Source: Geopsychrobacteraceae bacterium
GTDB lineage: Bacteria; Desulfobacterota; Desulfuromonadia; Desulfuromonadales; Geopsychrobacteraceae
Length of the DNA stretch: 64,000 nt
Direction: 5' to 3'
NCBI GenBank assembly: GCA_963662315.1
Contig: OY759353.1
Coordinates: forward strand, 80,306-144,305
Both the position numbers and the translations under genes were made by a program. Numbering within the stretch: position 1 is the first letter of the stretch; each line of letters begins with the position of its first letter. Under the pieces are notes generated by a model, which had not been told where the DNA came from, did no database searches, and saw only the letters and a program-made list of their open reading frames with translations. This document shows, one piece after another, positions 20,850-30,464 of the stretch.

Positions 20850-22946
20850 ATGTCCAAGTTCCGACAGAATCTACAGAGCTGTCAAATTGTTGAAGAACTG
20901 TCCAGTAATGACGGATTTGTTTCTTATCGGGTCAGTTGTCCTGATCATGGCATCTGTCGGTTGCTGCTGGCGCATCCTCATGCACGTCTGGCAGTTAAAG
21001 GGGCCACTGGCTTTTTTGAACGGGCTGAAACACTCGCTCAGCTTGAACTGCCCGGGGTCGCCACCATCATTGATGCCGGCTATTATCAGGAACGCGTTGC
21101 GTGCTTATTGCCTTTATGTGATGGCGTGCCCTTGTACGACTTTGTCGCAATGCCGGGTACTGTCGGTGATGTCCTTGGGCTGCTTCGCGCCATTGTTGAA
21201 AACCTTTCCGTTGCTCATGCCCATGGCGTTTGCCATGGCAATCTGACACCTCCCCTTATTGTGGTGAATGAGGACAAACAGCCGCTCTTATGTGACTTTG
21301 CTTTGTCTCAGTTGTTCGTTCTCGATTATATCAGCGGTGTCGACCCTCGCTACTGCAGTCCTGAACAGGTCAGGGGAGAGGTTGCAACACCTGCTTCTGA
21401 TATTTACAATCTGGGCTGCATTTTATACCGTCTGCTGAGCGGACATCCGCCTTATCATGGAAAAAACAACTTTTCCATCGCAACCAGGCACTTGGAGGGG
21501 GATTTCCCTGCACTGCCGGAACCGTTCCTGAAATGTGCTGATCTTCTGTCAGCTATGGTCAAGCTGATCCCTTCCCAGCGCAGCACCGCCGAGGAAGTCT
21601 TGAGTGGGATGACTCGTTTGCTTGCTGATAAGGAATTTGTTCAGGTTCACTGCCAGGGCCCGGAAGCGGAATCAATAGCAGATTTTTCTGCTGATAGTGC
21701 CACTGAAGCAGAAGCCGGTTCTTCGACGTTGTCTTCCATTTCATCCAAAGTTGAAGCTTTACTTAAGGAACAGAAATTTGACTTTTCTGAACCTGAGCCC
21801 TTGGCTTCGGCAGGCAAGCCAGAAGTTGTTGCTGCCCCGGGCAGAGATGAGCATCGGGCGAAAACTGGTGAGGGCAGGCGCTATTTTATTCTGTTTCTGG
21901 TGGGTATTATTGTCGGAATGTCTGCCTTTCTTGGCTATTCCTATTATCTTGATGCCCGGTCCACGGTCAAACCGGCGGGCGGAGGGATGGTGCTAGATGT
22001 CAACCGTCTGGATGGGGCGCTTAAGGCGTGGCAGGACCATGACTTTGAGCGCGCTAAACAGGACCTGAATGTCTTGGTTGGGGAGTTTCCCCAAGATCCT
22101 CGTGCTTACAATAACCTGGCTGCGGTATACGCCGCCCGGGGTGATCTTGAGCAAGCACGGATATTGCTTGAACGCGGACTTGCTACGAATTCGGAGTATG
22201 CTACGCTTCATCAGAATCTTGGTGCTGTTTACGCTGAAATGGCGCGTGAGTCTTATGGCAAGGCATTGCAGTTGAATGCTTCGGAGAAAAAACTGCCGAT
22301 TCAGGTGTTTTCAAGCCAGGGTTTACTGCTTCTGAAACGCAAGGACGATGCTGCTACTTTGCCCTCCGTAGCTGTATCTGAGGATGCTGACCGCATTCTA
22401 GAGCCGTCTTTAGATGCTGAGCAGCAGACAGTTTCAGGGGGGGCTGGTACAGATAGTGCTGCGCCCCAGATTGAGAATAAGCCGCTTGCTGATGTCGCTA
22501 AAGATATGGAAACGGCCTCATCTCCTGATGCCCCGTCTGCTACCGAGCAACCTTCCGCTAGTGCGACCTCCGAAGTCGCTGAAGCACCTGTTTTCGAATC
22601 GTATCAAATCCAGGAATTTCTTGAGAATTGGGCGGCCTCCTGGGCTGCACATAATGTGGAACGCTATTTAGCATGTTACAGCGACCGCTTTGAGCCCTCT
22701 GGAGGGCTTGCGCGGAGCGCCTGGGAAGCTCAGCGGCGTCGGCGGCTTCAGGCCCCTGGCGCTATTGAGATCAGCCTGTCTGAATATCAGATTCAGAAAG
22801 AGGCTGATGGTGAATATGTTGTAGACGTTCTGCAGTCTTATAATAGCCAACGCTACAGCGATATAACGCGTAAACAGTTTGTTCTGGTTGTTGATGGTGA
22901 TGTTCTTAAGATCATCCGTGAGTATGCTCTGGAGATTGTGCGTTGA
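20850..22946 (+). CDS. Membrane-spanning Hanks-type kinase homologue with degenerate catalytic motifs (predicted pseudokinase), periplasmic TPR region and C-terminal ~110-aa module
   Basis: ATG at 20850. The kinase fold is recognisable (DIYNLGCILYRLLSGHPPY, SPEQ for APE), but HRDLKPxN reads HGNLTPPL and DFG reads DFA. One TM segment (RRYFILFLVGIIVGMSAFLGYSYYL). TPR-like AYNNLAAVYAARGDLEQARILLERGL. Ala/Ser/Pro/acidic linker. C-terminal YLACYSDRF module. Confidence 0.75.
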   Translation: MSKFRQNLQSCQIVEELSSNDGFVSYRVSCPDHGICRLLLAHPHARLAVKGATGFFERAETLAQLELPGVATIIDAGYYQERVACLLPLCDGVPLYDFVAMPGTVGDVLGLLRAIVENLSVAHAHGVCHGNLTPPLIVVNEDKQPLLCDFALSQLFVLDYISGVDPRYCSPEQVRGEVATPASDIYNLGCILYRLLSGHPPYHGKNNFSIATRHLEGDFPALPEPFLKCADLLSAMVKLIPSQRSTAEEVLSGMTRLLADKEFVQVHCQGPEAESIADFSADSATEAEAGSSTLSSISSKVEALLKEQKFDFSEPEPLASAGKPEVVAAPGRDEHRAKTGEGRRYFILFLVGIIVGMSAFLGYSYYLDARSTVKPAGGGMVLDVNRLDGALKAWQDHDFERAKQDLNVLVGEFPQDPRAYNNLAAVYAARGDLEQARILLERGLATNSEYATLHQNLGAVYAEMARESYGKALQLNASEKKLPIQVFSSQGLLLLKRKDDAATLPSVAVSEDADRILEPSLDAEQQTVSGGAGTDSAAPQIENKPLADVAKDMETASSPDAPSATEQPSASATSEVAEAPVFESYQIQEFLENWAASWAAHNVERYLACYSDRFEPSGGLARSAWEAQRRRRLQAPGAIEISLSEYQIQKEADGEYVVDVLQSYNSQRYSDITRKQFVLVVDGDVLKIIREYALEIVR

Positions 22947-24274
22947 AGCCCAGGCGCCTGTTGTTTTCTATTTTTCTGATCGCTGCCATCGGTTTCAGTG
23001 CCGTTAAGGTGGGGGCATTGTTGCCTCAGGCTTCATCGGCGGATATTCAGCTTGCTCTTCTGAAGGCGAGCCAGCCTGTCACTGGTGAGCTTCCTGGTGA
23101 TCCCGAAATCGACCCTCTTAATGCCCGTCTTGATGAAAATCCCAATGATTTTGAAGCACGTTTGCTCAAGGGGTTGCTTCTGTTTCAAAAGGGGGCATTA
23201 CCAGCCGCCATCGACGAACTGACCGATCTGGTCGATCGGGCACCCAGTTTTCAGTTGGCTCATCTGGTTCTGGGAGACTTGCTTATTGCACGTTATGGGC
23301 GTTTTGAGCCGTTACGGGCCGATCGTCTCGGAACGGTACTTGATGGGTCGTATAAGCAGCAAATGGATCAATTGCAGAGTGAAGCAATAGCTCGCTTGCA
23401 GGGTTATCTGTCTTTAGTGGGTAATCGTGCGGTGCCTGAAGCGCTTCTATCTTTAAGCACTGAAACCCGCTATGCGTTGGTCGTGGATAAAAGTAAAAAC
23501 CGACTCTATGTCTTTTACAACTCCGGAACTGGTTTGCCACCGACTCTGGTTGATCACTTCTATATCGTTCTGGGTAAGGTTTCTGGAGATAAGGAGACGG
23601 AGGGTGATCTGAAGACTCCCAACGGCGTCTATTTTGTCACCAGTTATCTTGCTGATGAGCAGTTGCCGCCTCTTTATGGTGTAGGAGCCTTTCCGGTTAA
23701 TTATCCGAATGAGCTTGATCTGCGGTTGAAAAAAACCGGTCGCGGCATCTGGTTGCATGGCACCGACAAGTCATTATACAGCCGCCCTCCCTTAGATAGT
23801 GAAGGGTGCGTCGTCTTAACCAACGATGAATTTGACGAAATTACGCAATATGTAGAGGTTGGAAGGACTCCCGTTATTATCAGTAATAAGGTGGACTGGG
23901 TGTCCCGTCAGCAATGGCTGAACCAAAATATTGAGATTCAGGCTGCCCTTGAAACCTGGCGCCAGCGCTGGGAAAGTTCCGATATCGGGAACTACCTGCA
24001 GTTTTATTCGGACCGTTTCTGGAGCGATCAATATGAGCTGGGGAGTTGGAAAGAATATAAAAAACAGGTTTTTGCCAGCAAAACATTTCAGAAAATAGAC
24101 ATTACGGATTTATCTCTTCTTGCTTATCCGCGTGCTGTAACGCAGCCTCCCATGGTTGTCGCAAACTTTGTCCAGCATTACCGATCCAATAACTATAATG
24201 GCGATATGCGGAAACGTTTGTATCTGGTTAAGGATGATAATAATTGGAAGATTCTTTATGAGGGGTCTCAATAA
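22943..24274 (+). CDS. L,D-transpeptidase (YkuD/ErfK fold) with N-terminal signal anchor, TPR-like region and C-terminal ~110-aa module
   Basis: TTG start overlaps the upstream TGA (TTGA). The YkuD catalytic pattern is GIWLHGTDKSLYSRPPLDSEGCVVL (His...Cys). The C-terminal YLQFYSDRF module is homologous to that of the upstream gene. Confidence 0.8.
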   Translation: MKPRRLLFSIFLIAAIGFSAVKVGALLPQASSADIQLALLKASQPVTGELPGDPEIDPLNARLDENPNDFEARLLKGLLLFQKGALPAAIDELTDLVDRAPSFQLAHLVLGDLLIARYGRFEPLRADRLGTVLDGSYKQQMDQLQSEAIARLQGYLSLVGNRAVPEALLSLSTETRYALVVDKSKNRLYVFYNSGTGLPPTLVDHFYIVLGKVSGDKETEGDLKTPNGVYFVTSYLADEQLPPLYGVGAFPVNYPNELDLRLKKTGRGIWLHGTDKSLYSRPPLDSEGCVVLTNDEFDEITQYVEVGRTPVIISNKVDWVSRQQWLNQNIEIQAALETWRQRWESSDIGNYLQFYSDRFWSDQYELGSWKEYKKQVFASKTFQKIDITDLSLLAYPRAVTQPPMVVANFVQHYRSNNYNGDMRKRLYLVKDDNNWKILYEGSQ

Positions 24275-24471
24275 GACGAAGTTGAGGCATTGAGGCGTTG
24301 CAGCAGGGTTGCCGGATCAAGGTGGTAACGCTGCCCGATCTCTTCAATGCTGGCAAAGAGCATTTCGCAGCAGACACAACTTCCAATTTCCGCCTCAATG
24401 TCTCTGACGACCTCCAGGGTCCGTGGATGACGGTCGAGAATATCAAGGAGTATATCCGTTTTTCTGATCAT
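24268..24471 (-). CDS. Small Cys-containing protein, DUF1858-like (67 aa)
   Basis: ATG at 24471 after GGAG. MIRKTDILLDILDRHPRTLEVVRDIEAEIGSCVCCEMLFASIEEIGQRYHLDPATLLQRL resembles the DUF1858 / redox-disulfide small-protein pattern. Confidence 0.5.
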   Translation of the reverse strand: MIRKTDILLDILDRHPRTLEVVRDIEAEIGSCVCCEMLFASIEEIGQRYHLDPATLLQRLNASTSSY

Positions 24472-24643
24472 CTTGGTCTCCGGTTTCTGATGCGTCGTGC
24501 GAGGAAAGATTAGCATGATAAATGCCGCATACCAAGGGGCTTTTCAGGGGGGAGAGCGCTTACCTTCGGCAGAGTAAAATATTTGACATTGGAGGTCTTC
24601 TGTGATCTTCTAGAGCGCTGTTTGAGGGAGATGGAAAGACCAG

Positions 24644-25678
24644 ATGCAGTTAAGCGATTTTGATTATGACCTGCCGGAACATTTAATTGCCCAGGAGCCA
24701 ACGGCTTGCCGAGATGGGGCCAGAATGATGGTTCTTGATCGACAGGATCAGCAGGTTATTGATACCGATTTCCGCACTATCTCAGATTATTTTCGGTCGG
24801 GGGACGTGCTGGTATGTAACGATACCAAGGTCATCCCGGCACGCTTGCTGGGTGCTAAAACGACCGGCGGAAAGGTTGAGATATTTTTGGTTCGCCGAGA
24901 GGTTGGATGCACTGATGAAATCTGGCTGTGTCTGACGAAAAGCTCTAAAACGATCCGTCCGGGAACAGTCGTCCGGATTTCGGCCGATCTTAGCGCTGAA
25001 GTGCTTGATGAAGCTGCAGCGCCATACCGTCGGGTCAAGTTTATGGCGGTTGGTGATTTTCTTGAACAGATTGAAAAAATCGGGCATCTGCCTTTGCCTC
25101 CTTATATCAAACGGCCTGATGCCAGTGTTGATCGCCAGCGTTACCAGACGGTATTTGCCCGGGAAAAAGGCGCCGTTGCCGCACCGACCGCCGGACTTCA
25201 TTTTACCAAAGAGGTCTTGGCTAAGTTGCAGGCTGCTGGCGTTATCATCGCCCCTTTAACCCTGCATGTCGGGTTGGGAACTTTTTTGCCGGTCAGAGTT
25301 GATAATATTCTTGAACATAAGATGCACTCTGAACTTTACCATGTTCCGGAAACCACTGCCGCACTGGTGAATCAGGCCCGTCAGCGGGGAGGACGCGTGA
25401 TTGCCCTGGGGACCACTAGTGCCAGGGCGCTGGAGACGGCTGCAGCTGCGTCCGGCCAGTTGCAAGGCGGGTCAGGGGACAGTGATATTTTTATCTATCC
25501 CGGTTACCCGTTTAAAATTGTTGATGGATTGGTAACAAATTTTCATTTGCCTAAATCGACATTGTTGATGTTAGTATCAGCTTTTGCCGGTAAAAATTTT
25601 ATTCTGTCTGCATATCGCCAGGCTGTAGCAAACGAATATCGTTTCTTCAGTTATGGTGATTGTATGCTTATTCTGTGA
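24644..25678 (+). CDS. queA: S-adenosylmethionine:tRNA ribosyltransferase-isomerase
   Basis: MQLSDFDYDLPEHLIAQEP...PLPPYIKR...GAVAAPTAGLHFT...LHVGLGTF match QueA motifs. Confidence 0.95.
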   Translation: MQLSDFDYDLPEHLIAQEPTACRDGARMMVLDRQDQQVIDTDFRTISDYFRSGDVLVCNDTKVIPARLLGAKTTGGKVEIFLVRREVGCTDEIWLCLTKSSKTIRPGTVVRISADLSAEVLDEAAAPYRRVKFMAVGDFLEQIEKIGHLPLPPYIKRPDASVDRQRYQTVFAREKGAVAAPTAGLHFTKEVLAKLQAAGVIIAPLTLHVGLGTFLPVRVDNILEHKMHSELYHVPETTAALVNQARQRGGRVIALGTTSARALETAAAASGQLQGGSGDSDIFIYPGYPFKIVDGLVTNFHLPKSTLLMLVSAFAGKNFILSAYRQAVANEYRFFSYGDCMLIL

Positions 25679-26806
<1,128 letters not shown>

Positions 26807-26863
26807 AAGGGTTTGCGAAAAAAACTATTCGTTCATTATATTTCAAACCTTAGGGAGGCTTTT

Positions 26864-27172
26864 ATGGCAACACAAGCATTTGCAATGGCGGGAGCTGGCG
26901 CAGCACAGGGTCAAAGTGGTTACGAGGGTATTATTATGCTGGTGGCGATGTTTGCCATTTTTTACTTCTTACTCATCCGTCCCCAGCAAAAACGTGCTAA
27001 GCAACATAAAGAACTGATTGGCAATGTTAAATCTGGTGATACTATCGTCACGGCTGGCGGTATTCACGGCAAGATTGCCAATGTTGACGACCTGACCATC
27101 ACTCTCGAAGTGGCCACAGGTGTTAAAATCAAGATGAACCGTTCTTCCATCAGCGAAGTCAAAAAATCCTGA
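26864..27172 (+). CDS. yajC: Preprotein translocase subunit YajC
   Basis: ATG at 26864 after AGGGAGG. FYFLLIRPQQKRAKQHKELIGNVKSGDTIVTAGGIHGKI matches YajC. Confidence 0.9.
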   Translation: MATQAFAMAGAGAAQGQSGYEGIIMLVAMFAIFYFLLIRPQQKRAKQHKELIGNVKSGDTIVTAGGIHGKIANVDDLTITLEVATGVKIKMNRSSISEVKKS

Positions 27173-27231
27173 TTTATGTTGTCGATTCTACCTTCCGATG
27201 TTTCTTGCGTATATAGGGAGATACAACACAG

Positions 27232-28830
27232 ATGTCCAATAGTCTAAAATTCAGGGGCGTTCTCGTTATCCTCTGCCTGCTACTGTCAGTTTTTGCCATC
27301 GCCCCGACACTGATGCGCGGACAGTTGCCACAATGGTGGACCAACACTTTTGGTCCGATTCAGCTCGGGCTGGACCTTCAGGGCGGGATGCACCTTGTAC
27401 TGGGGGTCGATGTTGAAAAAGCCGTAGAAAGCCGCATCGATACGATTATTGATCAGGCCGAGGCTCAGCTACGTGAAAAAGACATTGTTTTCAAGCGTAT
27501 CGAACGGCGCCAGGGAGACCGTGTCGTCGTGCTGGTTTATGATGCTGAAGAAGGGGCTAAGGTTGATGCCCTGTTCGCCGAGGATTATCCTGCTCTTGAG
27601 GCGGAAACATTCAACGGAGCCGGTGGCTACATTGAGAAGCATTACCGGTTGAGCGATAACGAAATCAGTAATATTGAAGATTACGCGGTACGCCAGGCCC
27701 TTGAAACCATGCGCAACCGGGTTGACCAGTTCGGGGTCAGTGAGCCGACGCTGCAGCGTCAGAGCGATAATCGCATCCTTATCCAGTTGCCAGGGGTGGA
27801 AGATCCTGATCGCGCTATTGCTCTGCTCGGTAAAACCGCACGACTTGAGTTTAAACTGGTCGACGAAAATGCCAATGTCCAGGATGCCGTGGCTGGTAAG
27901 CTTGCTCCGGGTACTCAACTTCTTTATGAGCGCAACGTCAATAAAAAGACGGGCAGCGTTGCTGAAACACCACTGGTCGTTCATGATAAAACGGTTCTGA
28001 CCGGTGATCTTCTGGCCGATGCCAATGTCCGTATCGATACCAGATTCAATGAGCCTTATGTCGCCATCGATTTTAATGCGGTGGGGGCCAAGCGCTTTGA
28101 TCAGATCACAGCGGCTAATGTTGGCAAGCGGATGGCTATTGTACTTGACGATACGATTTATTCGGCACCTGTCATTCGTGAACGGATCTCCGGCGGCAGT
28201 GCCCAGATTTCCGGATCCTTCACGTCTCAGGAAGCAACCGATCTGGCGATCGTTCTGCGTGCCGGGTCCCTGCCTGCTCCGGTTAAGATTCTTGAAAACC
28301 GTACGGTAGGACCGTCTTTAGGGCAGGATTCAATTGACCGGGGGATCAGGTCGATCTGGGTCGGTGCTCTGCTTGTTGTCATTGCGATGATTATCTACTA
28401 CCAGCTTTCTGGTGTTGTCGCAGTTATTGCTCTGATCCTGAATATCGTTTTTATCACGGCAATGTTGTCCATGTTTGGTGCAACCCTGACCCTGCCGGGT
28501 CTTGCTGGTATCGTTTTGACCGTTGGTATGGCGGTTGATGCGAACGTCCTGATTTTTGAACGCATCCGTGAAGAGATTCGCCTGGGGCGGGCACCTAAGC
28601 TTGCTCTTGATTCCGGTTACAGTAAGGCGTTTTTGACCATCATTGACGCCAACCTGACGACGTTGCTAGCGGCGCTGGTACTGTTCCAGTTCGGGACCGG
28701 GCCGGTTCGTGGTTTTGCTGTTACCTTGTCAATCGGTATTGTCGCTTCATTGTTTACGGCAATCTTTGTCTCCAGAGTTATTTTTGACCTTTACCTGAAA
28801 GGCCGCGACATCAAGCGGCTGAGTATATAA
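27232..28830 (+). CDS. secD: Protein translocase subunit SecD
   Basis: 532 aa with an N-terminal TM segment, a large periplasmic domain (LGLDLQGGMHLVL) and a C-terminal 5-TM RND-like bundle. Confidence 0.95.
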   Translation: MSNSLKFRGVLVILCLLLSVFAIAPTLMRGQLPQWWTNTFGPIQLGLDLQGGMHLVLGVDVEKAVESRIDTIIDQAEAQLREKDIVFKRIERRQGDRVVVLVYDAEEGAKVDALFAEDYPALEAETFNGAGGYIEKHYRLSDNEISNIEDYAVRQALETMRNRVDQFGVSEPTLQRQSDNRILIQLPGVEDPDRAIALLGKTARLEFKLVDENANVQDAVAGKLAPGTQLLYERNVNKKTGSVAETPLVVHDKTVLTGDLLADANVRIDTRFNEPYVAIDFNAVGAKRFDQITAANVGKRMAIVLDDTIYSAPVIRERISGGSAQISGSFTSQEATDLAIVLRAGSLPAPVKILENRTVGPSLGQDSIDRGIRSIWVGALLVVIAMIIYYQLSGVVAVIALILNIVFITAMLSMFGATLTLPGLAGIVLTVGMAVDANVLIFERIREEIRLGRAPKLALDSGYSKAFLTIIDANLTTLLAALVLFQFGTGPVRGFAVTLSIGIVASLFTAIFVSRVIFDLYLKGRDIKRLSI

Positions 28831-28846
28831 GAGGAGGCTTAACGGC

Positions 28847-29755
28847 ATGCAGCTGATCAAGCCGGATACTAATTTTGATTTTGTCGGCAAGCGGAAACTT
28901 GCTTTTGTGGTTTCCATTGTCCTGATTGTTGTCGGTTTAGTTTCCTTGTTGGTAAAAGGAGGTCCTGATTATGGGATCGACTTTTCCGGGGGGACGCTGG
29001 TCCAGGTTCAGTTCACCGATGGTACTGATGCTGCCAGTATTAAGACTGCCTTGAAAGATCTGGATCTTGGTTCGCCGATTGTCCAGAGCTTTGGTGAAGA
29101 GCAGAATGAATTTCTGATTCGTGTTGAAAAAACCTCGGGAGAACTTCAGGGGCTTTCTGTCCAGATTCAGAACGCATTGGAAAAGACCTACGAAAAAGGG
29201 AAGGTCACCATTCGCCGGGTCGAAATGGTTGGACCTCAGGTGGGTAAGGACCTGCGGAGTAAGGGACTTCAGGCTATTCTGTACGCCATGCTCGGTATCC
29301 TGATCTATATCTCCTGGCGTTTTGAATTCCGTTTTGCCGTGGGTGCGATTGTGGCCCTCGTTCACGATGTCTTGATTACCCTGGGCGCCTTTAGCGTGTT
29401 TGGAAAAGAGATCGATTTACCGATTATTGCCGCTTTTCTGGCCATTATCGGCTACTCCCTTAACGACACCATTATTGTTTACGACCGTATTCGGGAAAAC
29501 CTTGGCAAGCATAACAAGGAATCATTTTCCTTTGTTGTCAACCGCAGTATCAATGAGACGTTGTCCCGGACTATTTTAACTTCCGGAACAACATTGCTGG
29601 TTGTTGCAGCCTTGTTTGTTCTTGGCGGCGGGGTTATTCATAATTTTGCTTTTGCGATGCTGGTCGGGGTTGTGGTTGGTACCTACTCCTCCATTTTTGT
29701 CGCCAGCCCGATTCTGATTCTTTGGCAACAAAAGAAGTTCGCATTAAAAAAATAG
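28847..29755 (+). CDS. secF: Protein translocase subunit SecF
   Basis: DFVGKRKLAF...YGIDFSGGTLVQVQF...GYSLNDTIIVYDRIREN match SecF. Confidence 0.95.
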   Translation: MQLIKPDTNFDFVGKRKLAFVVSIVLIVVGLVSLLVKGGPDYGIDFSGGTLVQVQFTDGTDAASIKTALKDLDLGSPIVQSFGEEQNEFLIRVEKTSGELQGLSVQIQNALEKTYEKGKVTIRRVEMVGPQVGKDLRSKGLQAILYAMLGILIYISWRFEFRFAVGAIVALVHDVLITLGAFSVFGKEIDLPIIAAFLAIIGYSLNDTIIVYDRIRENLGKHNKESFSFVVNRSINETLSRTILTSGTTLLVVAALFVLGGGVIHNFAFAMLVGVVVGTYSSIFVASPILILWQQKKFALKK

Positions 29756-29814
29756 CTGCATGGTTCTTTACCAGAAGAGCAGCCAACGGTTACAATTTTT
29801 CAATTACTCATTTA

Positions 29815-29853
29815 TTGCAGGCATCATCAGCATGATGCCTGCAATTCTTTTTC
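29815..29853 (+). terminator. Rho-independent terminator after secF
   Basis: 13-bp perfect stem: TTGCAGGCATCAT (29815-29827) pairs with ATGATGCCTGCAA (29832-29844), with a 4-nt loop, then TTCTTTTT. Confidence 0.8.
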
Positions 29854-29865
29854 GGTAAAGGTTAG

Positions 29866-30441
29866 ATGATGAAAAAAGAAACCGCAGCATTAACTGTAAT
29901 TGTTCTGGTAATTGGGATTCTGCTTGGCGTTATCTACTCAAACTGGCGTAAGGATAGCGCATCACCTACTTCTGGTGTCCAGACTTCGCCACCGGCGGTT
30001 GTCAACTACCAGCAAAAAATATCCATGCTCGAAGACATTGTCACCAAGGAACCGGGTAACCGCAATGCCTGGGTTCAGCTTGGTCACAATTATTTTGATT
30101 CTGATCAGCCGATGAAGGCGATCGATGCTTATCAAAAAGCCCTGGAGCTGGATGACAAGGATGCTGATATCCTGACCGATCAGGGGGTCATGTTTCGTCG
30201 TGTCGGCTGGTATGACAAAGCCATTGCCAATTTTAAAAAAGCTTCTGAACTTGTGCCGAGTCATCAGCAAAGTCTATATAACCTGGGAATTGTTTATCGT
30301 TATGATTTGAAAGATTTTCCTCAGGCTGTAACGGCCTGGGAAAAATTGTTGGCCATCAACCCGTCAGCACCCGGTGCTGATCAGGTTCGTAGAGAAATTG
30401 AATTTCTAAAAAATCATCCGAATCCCACTGCCCCTCAATAA
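29866..30441 (+). CDS. Membrane-anchored TPR-repeat protein
   Basis: N-terminal TM segment (AALTVIVLVIGILLGVIY). TPR units include AWVQLGHNYFDSDQPMKAIDAYQKALELD and SLYNLGIVY. Confidence 0.7.
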   Translation: MMKKETAALTVIVLVIGILLGVIYSNWRKDSASPTSGVQTSPPAVVNYQQKISMLEDIVTKEPGNRNAWVQLGHNYFDSDQPMKAIDAYQKALELDDKDADILTDQGVMFRRVGWYDKAIANFKKASELVPSHQQSLYNLGIVYRYDLKDFPQAVTAWEKLLAINPSAPGADQVRREIEFLKNHPNPTAPQ

Positions 30442-30464
30442 CAACCGGAAAACGTCATAATGAG

